Shown here: one piece after another, positions 54,121 through 64,000 of the stretch
Layout of the letters: each line of letters begins with the position of its first letter
Numbering within the stretch: the stretch's first letter is position 1
Sequence record: OR352938.1
Direction: 5' to 3' (one strand)
Source of the DNA: Escherichia phage AV108
DNA length: 64,000 bases
The notes under the pieces: model-generated
Seen by the model: the letters and a program-made list of their open reading frames with translations, nothing else
Told to the model about the DNA's origin: nothing
The model's database searches: none
Made by a program: the position numbers and the translations under genes

Positions 54121-54975
54121 ATGGCACAAGTTCCAAAGAAAAGAATAGACACAGGTACTGTCGGCAATCCATCGACTGGCGATATCTTATATGATGGCGG
54201 TAATAAAATTAACGATAACTTTGATTCAATATATGACGCATTTGCTGATCAGCGGTTTAAAGACGTAGACCACGGCGTGGGAAGAATGGTTATTCATGCA
54301 ACCGGATACTATCAGAAGCATCCACGTCAAAGCTACGCTGGTTCCGCTGTTGAGATTGGGAGTCTACACGATATCGATACAACTCAAGGCGCACTTATTG
54401 CTATTCTACCTAAAGCAAAGGTCGGTGAGGGTGTTGTATTCATAAATAGTAACGGTAGCCTTTCAACGACGACACCGCTCAATATTCGAACTCAAGCAGG
54501 TGATTCTATTAGCGGTTATTCCGGTGATGCTACAATAACACAACCATTTTCAAAAGTCACTGTTTGGTGTACTGCCGTTGAAGGTAGTCGCGTAACATGG
54601 CGATTGGGTATCGAAAGTATGTTTACCGATACAACAACGCCATTAGATAAAACAGTTAACGTAACTGGAGTAGCAACAAACGTTGCTATTGCCGCAAAAA
54701 CAGAATACGTTTCCATCAAATTATTAACTACCGCTAGCAATACATCCGGTTCAAAAATGCGTTCAAGTGAAACGCTACTGATGATTGATTCTAAAGCCGG
54801 AAAAGTTTATGCGACGGAATATGCAGTTTTGCAGAAGACAGAAGATGAACTATACACGGTTCATTATTTCATCGGTTCCGGCGATAAAGTATATGCAGAG
54901 TATAAGGCTACTGGCGAAAATATTCGTTTAGCAGTTAAAGCCGTAGACACTATTAAAATCGGGGTTGCTACATGA
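54121..54975 (+). CDS. 9: baseplate wedge / long-tail-fibre socket protein gp9
   Basis: 284 aa (T4 gp9 is 288 aa); synteny with 10-11-12. Confidence 0.75.
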   Translation: MAQVPKKRIDTGTVGNPSTGDILYDGGNKINDNFDSIYDAFADQRFKDVDHGVGRMVIHATGYYQKHPRQSYAGSAVEIGSLHDIDTTQGALIAILPKAKVGEGVVFINSNGSLSTTTPLNIRTQAGDSISGYSGDATITQPFSKVTVWCTAVEGSRVTWRLGIESMFTDTTTPLDKTVNVTGVATNVAIAAKTEYVSIKLLTTASNTSGSKMRSSETLLMIDSKAGKVYATEYAVLQKTEDELYTVHYFIGSGDKVYAEYKATGENIRLAVKAVDTIKIGVAT

Positions 54976-56774
54976 AACAATTAATTAATATCGGTAACGT
55001 TGTTGATGACGGTACAGGTGATTATCTAAGAAAAGGCGGTCAAAAGATTAATGACAACTTTTCTGAACTTTATACTAAGCTGGGGGATGGTGATATCCCT
55101 CATGCATCCGGCGCGTGGAAAACTCACACACAACCAGTATTAAAACCAAATTTTGGTGATGCATGGGCGATTAATACAACGAACAACGCTGTTTCTGTTG
55201 AATTGCCTAAAGGAAGCGCGAGTGATTATAATAAAACAATTAAACTTCGTGATGTTTGGCGCTCATGGGCTGCACATAACGTAACGTTGAAGCCAGCGCA
55301 AGGTGATACCATTAAGGGATCTCCAATCGACCGTGAGTTGTATAAAGATTTCATGGATGTTGAATTGGTTTATTGTGCGCCCGGACGTTGGGAATATGTC
55401 GAAAATAAACGAGTAGATACTATCACCACTTCCGATTTAAGCACAGTCGCTAAGGAAGTTTATATTGCAACCGAAGGACAAACAGACTTCCCTAATGTGT
55501 TTGGTTCCAATACTTACAATATTCGAAATGTTGAAGTGTATTATCGCGGTAACTTGCTTTATTATGGCAAGGATTTAACCGATGATTCTAACTATGGTTC
55601 AATCGGTGAAAACGGTGATATTGTTCCTCTGGACGGTAAAAGCATTAAATTACGCTTCCCTTGTTCGGCGGGTGATACCATTCAAATCATCACTTATATG
55701 GACGGTATCGCATCCTTCCGGTCAAGCTATATTACTCATACAATCCGCGTTTATGAAACAGGAATGACCACTTTGGAATCCATCCCTGGTGAAGTTTGGG
55801 TCGGTGAACTTGCTAATAAGAAAGAGTTTACTAATGCTGAATTAGGCGTAAGTAAGCGAGATCTTATTAATCCAAATTCATTTGAATTGCTGATCAACGG
55901 CACACAAATGATTAAAGCGGGTGATGCGGATTTACCTTCCTTTATTTGTGAAGGTGCTGACGGTGAAACGGAAGAAACCTGCGTACTTGCTGGCGGTCAA
56001 TGGGTGGAATCTGGTGAAGATTATTCATTAATGTTTGACGAAAACAGCGTGGTGACTGGTATTAAATTATCTAAAGCACTAGATAACAGAGACACTATCA
56101 CAATTCGCTGGTTTAATAATGATATCGGAACATTAATGGAATGGGATGGTGTAGGCGGTATTAAAGAAAAAGCAGATAAAATCTATCTTAATAACGAAGA
56201 TGAAGTTACTCTGACAAATCGAATTGAATATACCGATTTCCAGAATCCAAGCCAAGCAACTAAACGCCCAATGGAAGATTATACAGGTCGTGTGATGGAT
56301 ATCTATTCCATCTTTGATATTTTCCATCCTATAGGCACAATTTATGAAAACGCGCATAACCCAGCTAACCCGGCGACATATATGGGAATTGGTACATGGG
56401 TACGTTATGCGGAAGGAGAATTTCTGGCTGGTTGGTCTTCTGACGCAAGCGATCAAAACTTCGCACTAAACAACAACGATCTTGATACACATGGTCAACC
56501 TACACACACCGCAGGTGGTAACGGTGGTGATGTTGCATACCAGATCAAGAAAAATATGATTCCTGAATTACAGAGCAACGATCGAGTTCTTGTAAAAGAT
56601 GATAACGGAAATATTATTATCGGTGGTTGTCAGGTAGACCCTGATGCAGTAGGTCCAGCGTTTACCAAATATCGAGAAGATAATGTTAAAGTTAATCAGG
56701 GAAATACCGATCCATCAATGATGGGTATTCTTCCTCCATACAGAACTGTCTATCGTTGGCTAAGGGTAGGTTAA
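54972..56774 (+). CDS. 10: baseplate wedge protein gp10
   Basis: 600 aa (T4 gp10 is 602 aa); N-terminus shares an MKQ..NIG...DDGTGD..RKGG.KINDNF motif with gp9. Confidence 0.8.
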   Translation: MKQLINIGNVVDDGTGDYLRKGGQKINDNFSELYTKLGDGDIPHASGAWKTHTQPVLKPNFGDAWAINTTNNAVSVELPKGSASDYNKTIKLRDVWRSWAAHNVTLKPAQGDTIKGSPIDRELYKDFMDVELVYCAPGRWEYVENKRVDTITTSDLSTVAKEVYIATEGQTDFPNVFGSNTYNIRNVEVYYRGNLLYYGKDLTDDSNYGSIGENGDIVPLDGKSIKLRFPCSAGDTIQIITYMDGIASFRSSYITHTIRVYETGMTTLESIPGEVWVGELANKKEFTNAELGVSKRDLINPNSFELLINGTQMIKAGDADLPSFICEGADGETEETCVLAGGQWVESGEDYSLMFDENSVVTGIKLSKALDNRDTITIRWFNNDIGTLMEWDGVGGIKEKADKIYLNNEDEVTLTNRIEYTDFQNPSQATKRPMEDYTGRVMDIYSIFDIFHPIGTIYENAHNPANPATYMGIGTWVRYAEGEFLAGWSSDASDQNFALNNNDLDTHGQPTHTAGGNGGDVAYQIKKNMIPELQSNDRVLVKDDNGNIIIGGCQVDPDAVGPAFTKYREDNVKVNQGNTDPSMMGILPPYRTVYRWLRVG

Positions 56775-56775
56775 T

Positions 56776-57420
56776 ATGATTTCTAAAACACGTTCAAAAG
56801 CTAGTGTATTTTCCAGCGATGCGGCGTTTATTTCATACGATCCAGGATCGAAAGATCCTGTTATCGGTGGTTCTCGTCCAATTGGTGGCGTTAATGTCGA
56901 TCAATCAAGAAAAGGTTCCTATGTAAACAACGTTCAATCTGCAATTGATGACCTTTATTCATTGTCAATGATCCGAATTGGTGATGTGTTGGTTACAACC
57001 AACTCAACTCCACCACAAGCCGCAGGACAGATTGAAACTCTGTCATTTTCTGGTTCTGTTAACAATCAGCATAATCCAGACACAAACAAAGTATTAATTG
57101 ATGTTTTGGGTTATCCATTTATTGTTGATGTTGGGTCTTCCGGCGTTTCTCTATGTGAGAAAGTAACGGAAAAATTTACCGAACTAATGAATAAAAACAT
57201 TATGTTCAAAGAAGTAAAAAGAAAAGGAAGTAGCAACGACCAATTAGAAATTCATTATATCGATTCTCTTGAACACCCACCAACCGATATTAACAAGTAC
57301 GGAATTACAATCACAGGAAATGTTGATTCTCCTGCTCGTGTTGGTTATGGTTCATGGTCTCGAATGGGTACAGAAGAGAAATTTGGAACTACCCTATATT
57401 ATTTCAAACGTATTGCATAA
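56776..57420 (+). CDS. 11: baseplate wedge protein gp11 (short-tail-fibre attachment)
   Basis: 214 aa (T4 gp11 is 219 aa); synteny. Confidence 0.75.
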   Translation: MISKTRSKASVFSSDAAFISYDPGSKDPVIGGSRPIGGVNVDQSRKGSYVNNVQSAIDDLYSLSMIRIGDVLVTTNSTPPQAAGQIETLSFSGSVNNQHNPDTNKVLIDVLGYPFIVDVGSSGVSLCEKVTEKFTELMNKNIMFKEVKRKGSSNDQLEIHYIDSLEHPPTDINKYGITITGNVDSPARVGYGSWSRMGTEEKFGTTLYYFKRIA

Positions 57421-57431
57421 GGTGATGTATA

Positions 57432-58832
57432 ATGGCAAACAATACTATTAACCATGTAAAAGACGATGCTCAATACGTCAAGTTTAACCCTGTAAATGAT
57501 TGGCCTCAAAGCATTACCAACGTACAAGCGGCTTTAGCCGCTATTAATGGCTTTGCCGTAAATGGATTACCGGACGCTACGGAAGATACAGCCGGGATCG
57601 CTGCAATCGCAACTCAGGAAGAAGTAAACGACGGCACTGTAGACAATAAGATCGTGACTCCAAAAACACTAGCTGTTAAAATGTCACGTCCAGATGCTAC
57701 AAAAGAAGTAAAAGGCATTACCCGATTTGCCACGATGGAAGAATCGCTGCAAGAGAGCAACGAGAACATGGCAATCGGTCCAGACACACTAAACCATTAC
57801 TTCACCACTAAAAAGGCGTCAGAGAGCGTTCAGGGGACTATTAAGATATGTTCTCTTGAGGCGGCAAAGATTGGCAGCGATGACACAATGGCAGTAACAC
57901 CGAAAAAGATGCACACTGCCATTGCACAGATTGTGCCGGGATTAATTCCAGATCAAAACACAGCAACCGAAAGCGCACAGGGTTTAGTTCAGTTAGCAAC
58001 TAATGCGCAGGTTTTACAAGGCCAGATTCGAGAAGGTTTTGCAATTAGCCCTTATGCATTTGCAAATGCTCGCGCCAATGAGAATCAGGCGGGTACTGTT
58101 AAGATCGCCAGCCAGTCACAGATGAATGCTGGTTCAGATGATACTGTAGTTGTTTCTGCTAAGAAGTTTGCAAGCACTAAGGCAACAACGTCTCAATACG
58201 GCATTGTTAAACTACGAGACACCGTAGGAAGTGAGGCTAACGCTGCACTATCAGCAAATGCTAAGGTTCTTCCGAGCACTGGCGGTACGGTAAGCGGAAA
58301 CGTCTATAAAGGTTCTAACTCAGACGGCAACCAGTTTGTTACTAAAAATGAATTAGCGAATCACGCAATGCCAATTGGTGGTATTATCCTTTCTGGATTC
58401 AATGCCGATCGAGGTGACTTTCTGATCTGTAATGGTCGTTCACTGAATAAAAATCAATATCCGCAATTATTTTCTGCGATTGGTTATACCTTTGGTGGTT
58501 CAGGTGACAATTTTAATCTTCCTGATATGCGCGGTTTAGTTGCTCGTGGTTGCGATCATGGAAGAAACCTTGATCCAGGTCGTCGATTTGGTTCTTATCA
58601 AGAAGACGCAATGCAGAGAATTACTGGTAAATTCCCTGTAGCTGACCGCTGGCGCGGTTGGTATGGTGGAGCATTTACTGCACAGCGCGGTCAATGGAGC
58701 ACGAACTATAAAAACGGTGGTGGTGATGATTGGGGTACTACTGTTAACTTTGACTCAGGAAGATCCGTAAGAACGGCTAACGAGACTCGCGTCAAGAGTC
58801 TGGCATTAAACTATATCATAAGGGTGCGCTAA
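57432..58832 (+). CDS. 12: short tail fibre protein gp12
   Basis: 466 aa; repetitive central region (GxxKIAS..AGSDDTxxVTPKK repeats); C-terminal phage-tail-collar-like domain (CNGRSLNKNQYPQLFSAIGYTFGGSGDNFNLPDMRGLVARG). Confidence 0.8.
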   Translation: MANNTINHVKDDAQYVKFNPVNDWPQSITNVQAALAAINGFAVNGLPDATEDTAGIAAIATQEEVNDGTVDNKIVTPKTLAVKMSRPDATKEVKGITRFATMEESLQESNENMAIGPDTLNHYFTTKKASESVQGTIKICSLEAAKIGSDDTMAVTPKKMHTAIAQIVPGLIPDQNTATESAQGLVQLATNAQVLQGQIREGFAISPYAFANARANENQAGTVKIASQSQMNAGSDDTVVVSAKKFASTKATTSQYGIVKLRDTVGSEANAALSANAKVLPSTGGTVSGNVYKGSNSDGNQFVTKNELANHAMPIGGIILSGFNADRGDFLICNGRSLNKNQYPQLFSAIGYTFGGSGDNFNLPDMRGLVARGCDHGRNLDPGRRFGSYQEDAMQRITGKFPVADRWRGWYGGAFTAQRGQWSTNYKNGGGDDWGTTVNFDSGRSVRTANETRVKSLALNYIIRVR

Positions 58833-60601
58833 TGATTGAACAATTAAACATCCACGAGATCCCACATGTTGACGGTGTACCAAGCGAAGGACAGCACCGT
58901 ATTAACTGGATCAAGAATGGCGAATGTTTAAGCGCAGCAACGACACAGACTGGCAATGACGGGACGCTTAACCGCGCCCCGGTTGCAATTCAAGAAAACG
59001 TTGCACGCGTAAACGAAAACGCAAAATCAACCGTCGCTAAAGTTAACGAGGTTGTAACGGCGGTTAACGATATTAAAACAACTTTAGGGGTAATTTCTGA
59101 CGGAAGTATCATTGATGTGGTTAACCAGACTGTCGCAAAAGTTGAATCCGTCGAAGATAACTTAGGAGAAACAGCAAGAACTCTACAAACAACGGTAGAC
59201 GCTGTATCAGAACTTAACATCAAGATTGGTGATCGCCCCGCTGCCGATCCTAGCACAAGAACAATCTATGATGACATTTCTTTCATCAAACAAGAAATGG
59301 GTTCTTATCCTAACTTTAATATCAATGGTTCCCCTGATGCTGGCAGTTCCGGTTCTGGCATCAAATACCGAGTTATTCAGAATACCGCAGCATTAAATGA
59401 CCACGGTCGCCGAATCATTCAGCTTGAAAACGACTGGCAAGATTCTGACGTAGGCGAGTTAACAAAACAAGTTAACAAAATGCGCAGTGAGATCGGCGAC
59501 ACGTCTCTTGCAACACAAGAAAATGTGTATGTTCGTCTCCGCACCAACGCAAGAAACATTGCTAACTTATCAAACGAAGTTCTAGAAGTCAAGAAAGCAA
59601 TTTTGTTTGATTCAATCCCTGATATCGGGACTAAAGTCACTACGCTGGGAACTAATTATGAACGTCTAAACAATGATGTTAATGGTGTAGATTCCGGTAT
59701 TCGTCCTCGTCTTCTGGCTGTCGAGAATAAGATCGGAACGCCTCAATCGGCTGGAAGCATTGACTATCGATTAACCAACACAGAGCGAGAATTTTTAGAT
59801 CTTAAACAGGTTGTTGGTGTAAGCGGTGCTGACGGTTTGCGCGGTGAAGTTGTTCGACTTTCCAATGAGATTGGCACTGACAGCGATCGACATACTCTAG
59901 CCGGACGTCTTAAAGTTGTAGAAAACACTCAGGGTCGGTTAGAAGCAAGCGTACAGGACATGGAACAGATTGTAGGTGATCGCGAATCAGGTTTGACCGC
60001 TGGCGTTATTAAACTATCAAGTGATATCTATGGCGATGATGGTTCAGAAGATCCATTTACTCAGAAAGGCGTGATTAAAATCGTCAAAGAGCTACAAACA
60101 TCTAACGGAAACAAAGTAGATGATGTACCTGATGACGGTTTCCATTATCTGCGTAAGCGCGGAGAATGGGTGCAAGTTGCATATGCTGCTGGAGCATTTA
60201 AAAATACCGCAGATATTACGGTTGAACTTGACGAACAGGATGTTTATAAACCGATTCCGCTTAACGACATGGCGGAAGAAGTTAATGCTCGTCAAATGGT
60301 GAAAAGTGAATCTGTTGTTACCGTTCAGGACAAAGGTTTATTCCGTTGTGTATTCCGTTGTGATGTACAAGCTCAACATAATGCAACATTCATTGTTGCG
60401 ATTTTCAAAAATGGACAGATGGTACATGAAGCGAAAAATGGTCATTACGGAACAGACGAATTGATCAGCTATTCTACCAGTGCTTTCCTAAATATTGAAA
60501 CGGGAGATCAGATTAACATCAGTATTAAGGGTGTATCTGCCGAAGCAGTAGCACAGCCAGTACAAATTAAAGAGTTCCTCTTTGGGATTTCTCCGGTATA
60601 A
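58832..60601 (+). CDS. wac: fibritin (whisker antigen control, wac) with additional C-terminal domain
   Basis: 589 aa; N-terminus IPHVDGVPSEGQHRINWIKNGE matches T4 fibritin as recalled; coiled-coil body; foldon-like DGFHYLRKRGEWVQV followed by ~130 extra residues. Confidence 0.75.
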   Translation: MIEQLNIHEIPHVDGVPSEGQHRINWIKNGECLSAATTQTGNDGTLNRAPVAIQENVARVNENAKSTVAKVNEVVTAVNDIKTTLGVISDGSIIDVVNQTVAKVESVEDNLGETARTLQTTVDAVSELNIKIGDRPAADPSTRTIYDDISFIKQEMGSYPNFNINGSPDAGSSGSGIKYRVIQNTAALNDHGRRIIQLENDWQDSDVGELTKQVNKMRSEIGDTSLATQENVYVRLRTNARNIANLSNEVLEVKKAILFDSIPDIGTKVTTLGTNYERLNNDVNGVDSGIRPRLLAVENKIGTPQSAGSIDYRLTNTEREFLDLKQVVGVSGADGLRGEVVRLSNEIGTDSDRHTLAGRLKVVENTQGRLEASVQDMEQIVGDRESGLTAGVIKLSSDIYGDDGSEDPFTQKGVIKIVKELQTSNGNKVDDVPDDGFHYLRKRGEWVQVAYAAGAFKNTADITVELDEQDVYKPIPLNDMAEEVNARQMVKSESVVTVQDKGLFRCVFRCDVQAQHNATFIVAIFKNGQMVHEAKNGHYGTDELISYSTSAFLNIETGDQINISIKGVSAEAVAQPVQIKEFLFGISPV

Positions 60602-60603
60602 GA

Positions 60604-60632
60604 AATTAAAGGGGCGTTAAGCCCCTTTTTCG
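60604..60632 (+). terminator. rho-independent terminator after wac
   Basis: aaaggggcgttaagcccctttttcg. Confidence 0.65.
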
Positions 60633-60647
60633 TTTATAGGTGATATT

Positions 60648-61580
60648 ATGTCAGGATATGTAACCAATAACCCAAGAGAATTAAAAGACGCTATTCTGCG
60701 TCGTTTAGGCGCACCAGTAATTAACGTAGAAGTAACAGAAGACCAGATTTACGATTGTATTCAGAGAGCATTAGAACTCTATGGGGAATATCATTTCGAT
60801 GGGGTGAATAAAGGATATAAAGTATTTCGTGTTAGTGCAGAGCAAGCGCAACACGGGGTATTTGATTTAAGCGATTCTGGAGTATTCGCAGTAACTAAAA
60901 TAATTCGAACAAACGTAGGTAGCGCGGCTACGATGGATGGTACTGCCGTTTATCCGTGGTTTACTGACTTTCTGTTGGGTTTAGCTGGTGTAAATGGCGG
61001 TTTAGGATCTGGCTGTAGTAAATTTTATGGTCCAAATGCAATGGGTGGTGATCTAGGATATTTCGAACAGCTTATGAGCTATAGAGCCACTATGCAAAAT
61101 ATGCTCAATCCGCTGCCAGATTATTGGTATAACAGCGCAAACGGACAACTTAAGATAACAGGAAACTTCCGAGAAGGTGATCTCATTGTTGTTGAATTAT
61201 ATGTTAAAAGCTATGTAGACGTTCCTGATATGATCGGCGCGGTTGCTGGTTATGCTCATGCGGGAGGATGTTCTACCGCTGGCGGGATTAGCGCCGTTTA
61301 TGATAATCCAACTGCTGGTTTAAGCGGGATTGTTGCTGGCATGGGACCGATCAGTGAGAACAAGCAGGGCGCATATAATAACCGTTGGGTTAAAGACATG
61401 GCAACCGCTTTCACTAAGGAGGTGTGGGGGTCCATCATGGCTAAACATCAAGGTCTGCAATTACCCGGCGGTGTCACTGTTGATGGTATCCGAATCATTG
61501 AAGAAGCACGCGCCGACATTGAGAAATTGCGACAAGAACTAGAATTATTAGATCCTCCGTTCGGCATCCTCATGATTTGA
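60648..61580 (+). CDS. 13: neck protein gp13
   Basis: 310 aa (T4 gp13 is 309 aa); synteny wac-13-14-15. Confidence 0.75.
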   Translation: MSGYVTNNPRELKDAILRRLGAPVINVEVTEDQIYDCIQRALELYGEYHFDGVNKGYKVFRVSAEQAQHGVFDLSDSGVFAVTKIIRTNVGSAATMDGTAVYPWFTDFLLGLAGVNGGLGSGCSKFYGPNAMGGDLGYFEQLMSYRATMQNMLNPLPDYWYNSANGQLKITGNFREGDLIVVELYVKSYVDVPDMIGAVAGYAHAGGCSTAGGISAVYDNPTAGLSGIVAGMGPISENKQGAYNNRWVKDMATAFTKEVWGSIMAKHQGLQLPGGVTVDGIRIIEEARADIEKLRQELELLDPPFGILMI

Positions 61581-61616
61581 TTTATTGGGGGAGTATTCCC
61601 CCATTTGGAGTAACAT

Positions 61617-62357
61617 ATGTTTAACAACACTCTTTTTGCTCGCCTTGAATCGCAAAAGGATTATGAGAATACACGACAAACAGAGATTCTTAATCCTTAT
61701 GTGAACTTTCACAAATATACAAATACTCAGACGTTAGCCGACGTTATGGTCGCCGAAGCTATTCAGATGCGAGGTGTAGAATTATATTACATCCCTCGTG
61801 AATTTGTCAAACCAGATATGATCTTTGGTGAGGATGTTCAAAGCAGATTTACTAAAGCATGGAAATTTGCGGCGTATATTAACTCATTTGATGGGTATGA
61901 AGGAGCGGGTAATTTCTTCTCTAGTTTCGGGTATCAAGCTAATGATGAATTAACTTTTACGGTTAACCCCAACCTATTCAAGCATCAAGTAGATGATCAA
62001 GAGCCAAAATCAGGTGACTTAATTTATATTCCAATGAGTAATGATCTCTTTGAAATTAATTACGTCGAGCCATATCAGCCGTTTTTTCAGGCTGGAAAAA
62101 ATGCCATGCGTAAAATTATTGCAGAGAAATTCGTGTATAGCGGTGAGGAATTGCGACCAGAATTACAACGCAATGAGGGAATTAATGTTGATGAGTTTGC
62201 GGATCTGGATCTTGCACCGATCACTAATCTGGACGGGTTAACAGATATCAACTTAGATCAGTACAAAGAAGATAAGCAATTCAGAAGCGAAGGACAAGAT
62301 TTTATTGATCCGTTTGATCCTATTAATGGCAAGGGTTCACCTTTCGCCGATTTTTGA
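61617..62357 (+). CDS. 14: neck protein gp14
   Basis: 246 aa (T4 gp14 is 256 aa); synteny. Confidence 0.75.
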   Translation: MFNNTLFARLESQKDYENTRQTEILNPYVNFHKYTNTQTLADVMVAEAIQMRGVELYYIPREFVKPDMIFGEDVQSRFTKAWKFAAYINSFDGYEGAGNFFSSFGYQANDELTFTVNPNLFKHQVDDQEPKSGDLIYIPMSNDLFEINYVEPYQPFFQAGKNAMRKIIAEKFVYSGEELRPELQRNEGINVDEFADLDLAPITNLDGLTDINLDQYKEDKQFRSEGQDFIDPFDPINGKGSPFADF

Positions 62358-62397
62358 TAAATACTTGTATTGATATAATATAAGGATCTAATGACTT

Positions 62398-63153
62398 ATG
62401 AAAAACTATTATCTATACGAAATAAAGAACAATATAAATGGTAAGATATATGTTGGCATTCGTGGGTATGATGGTGACATAAGTCAAGATCCTTATATGG
62501 GTAGTGGATTGACTCTTAAGAGGTCTATTAAAAAGAACGGGATAGAAAACTTCACAAAAACAATTCTCAAAACGTTTGACTCATGGAAAGAGGCAAGGAA
62601 AGCAGAAAGAGAAATAGTTACAGAGGAATTTGTAAAAAGAGAAGATACCTATAATGTTTCGGTTGGTGGACAAGGTGGAAATACTCACGCTGGGATGAGC
62701 GAAGAACGAAGAAAACTTGCAAGCGAAAGACACGCAGAAGCAAACCGAAATAGAGTATGGAAGCAAGAATCTAGAGATAAGGTTAGCGCAAGATTCAAAG
62801 GTCATAAGCTATCACAGAAGCAGATAGACGCGCTAAAGAAGGCAAACACAGGAAGAAAGTTCACAGAAGAACACAAGTTCAAAATAGGTAAAACGTGGCG
62901 AGGAAAGAAACGACCAGATATAGGAGAGAAGGTTGCGGCAAAATTAACAGGAAGAAAACTACCCCCAGAACATGTGGCAGCAATAACGCAAAATACACCG
63001 AGAGGAAAACAACACTTTAGGGCAAAAAGATTCTTCATCGACGATATGGAATTTTATATTTTGAGTGACGCAGCTAAAATGTTTGGTATAAGTTATAAAA
63101 CGGTTAAAGCTAGACTTCTCTCAGATAAGTTTCCTACATGGAGATATGAATAA
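62398..63153 (+). CDS. GIY-YIG homing endonuclease (Seg-like) with NUMOD3-type repeats
   Basis: N-terminal YLYEIKNNINGKIYVGIRGY (GIY-YIG); repeated ...K.S.E...KI... helix motifs; inserted between gene 14 and gene 15. Confidence 0.75.
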   Translation: MKNYYLYEIKNNINGKIYVGIRGYDGDISQDPYMGSGLTLKRSIKKNGIENFTKTILKTFDSWKEARKAEREIVTEEFVKREDTYNVSVGGQGGNTHAGMSEERRKLASERHAEANRNRVWKQESRDKVSARFKGHKLSQKQIDALKKANTGRKFTEEHKFKIGKTWRGKKRPDIGEKVAAKLTGRKLPPEHVAAITQNTPRGKQHFRAKRFFIDDMEFYILSDAAKMFGISYKTVKARLLSDKFPTWRYE

Positions 63154-63987
63154 ATGTTTTCACATTTTTACAATTCGTCAATTAGACGGTATATTGTATT
63201 GCTGGGTAATTTATTCTCCGGCGTACAAATTAAAAGGGTGCGTAGCGACGGTGAGAGTTTTATTAAAGTTCCTATCACCTACGCAAAGAAAGAAAAATTC
63301 ATGATGAGTCTGGACAAATATAACAATATCTCAAGTGAGGAAGACGTAGCAAAGGTAGAAACTATTTTACCGCGTATGTGTCTTTCTTTGATTGATATGA
63401 CATACGCCCAGAACTTTAAAACAAATATTGCAAATAAGACAGTACCAAAATATACGGCTGATGGAATCAGGAGCGTAACACAATATAATCCTGTACCATA
63501 TAAGTTTACTTTCGAGTTAGGGATTTATACGCGTAACGAAGATGATATGTTTCAGATAATTGAACAGATTCTTCCTTACTTCCAGCCTCATTTTAACTGT
63601 AAGATTAAAGAACTACACGGTAATGATGTATGGATTGATCGAGATATTCAGGTCACTATTAGTTCTATTACTCCAGATGAACAGGTAGGCGAAGATAAGT
63701 TTTCTCGTCGTCGTCTTGAGTGGACCATTATGTTCGAATTTATCGGCTTTATATATCCTCCAGCTACCGACGTTAAGGGGGAAATTAGAACGATTTATCT
63801 TGATTTTCATGCTAATTCTCGTGAATTAAATCCTAGCGGTAATTTTGAATCAGTGGATCACGAGGTCGTTAAACGTGACGTCGAGCAAGAAGATTGGGAC
63901 GGAACAATCAAAGAATCATATTCTAGTGATATTCCAATACCAGTTGCACCAACTCCACCGGGTCCACGTATTGTAAGAGAATTTTAA
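63154..63987 (+). CDS. 15: tail sheath stabiliser / tail terminator gp15
   Basis: 277 aa (T4 gp15 is 272 aa); synteny. Confidence 0.7.
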   Translation: MFSHFYNSSIRRYIVLLGNLFSGVQIKRVRSDGESFIKVPITYAKKEKFMMSLDKYNNISSEEDVAKVETILPRMCLSLIDMTYAQNFKTNIANKTVPKYTADGIRSVTQYNPVPYKFTFELGIYTRNEDDMFQIIEQILPYFQPHFNCKIKELHGNDVWIDRDIQVTISSITPDEQVGEDKFSRRRLEWTIMFEFIGFIYPPATDVKGEIRTIYLDFHANSRELNPSGNFESVDHEVVKRDVEQEDWDGTIKESYSSDIPIPVAPTPPGPRIVREF

Positions 63988-64000
63988 GAGGTAATTTATT

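Noticed and set aside
1-64000. Prophage or integrative-element boundaries (integrase, att sites) or a host-encoded defence island
   Set aside because: The whole window is colinear with a lytic T4-like phage genome; no integrase, recombinase or host housekeeping genes were seen.

Overview
This window reads as a 64 kb segment of a T4-like (T-even-type) myovirus genome, colinear with the T4 map from gene 46 to gene 15. Positions 1-43257 are early/middle genes, almost all on the minus strand: recombination nuclease 46/47, late sigma factor gp55, anaerobic ribonucleotide reductase nrdD/nrdG with redoxins, endonuclease VII, Dam, thymidine kinase, RegB, an M15 endolysin, 57B/57A, dNMP kinase, and gp3/gp2/gp4. 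Positions 43313-63987 are late structural genes on the plus strand (gp53, gp5, 5.1, 5.4, gp6-gp12, fibritin, gp13-gp15). The early region is punctuated by at least 16 copies of a roughly 60-90 bp promoter-leader cassette (sigma70-like TTGACA -35, -10 inside an inverted repeat, shared leader and RBS), which resembles the PeSL elements described for RB49-like phages. I could not single out one novel system with certainty; the strongest candidates are a TARG1/DarG-like macrodomain protein apparently lacking the canonical catalytic residues, a KNTase-like nucleotidyltransferase, an expanded eight-gene paralog family flanking nrdD/nrdG, a gp38-like glycine-rich adhesin in the early region, and a Dps-like mini-ferritin. 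Other oddities include an early-promoter cassette carrying a methyltransferase inserted between gp8 and gp9, a fibritin with an extra C-terminal domain, dense arrays of tiny membrane proteins, and four homing-endonuclease-like genes. All calls rest on reading the sequence, motif recognition and recalled T4 homologies; no database search was run. Coordinates come from the ORF track where possible; hand-derived starts and small ORFs may be off by a few bases, and around 16.2-16.5 kb my manual indexing disagreed with the track by 1 nt.
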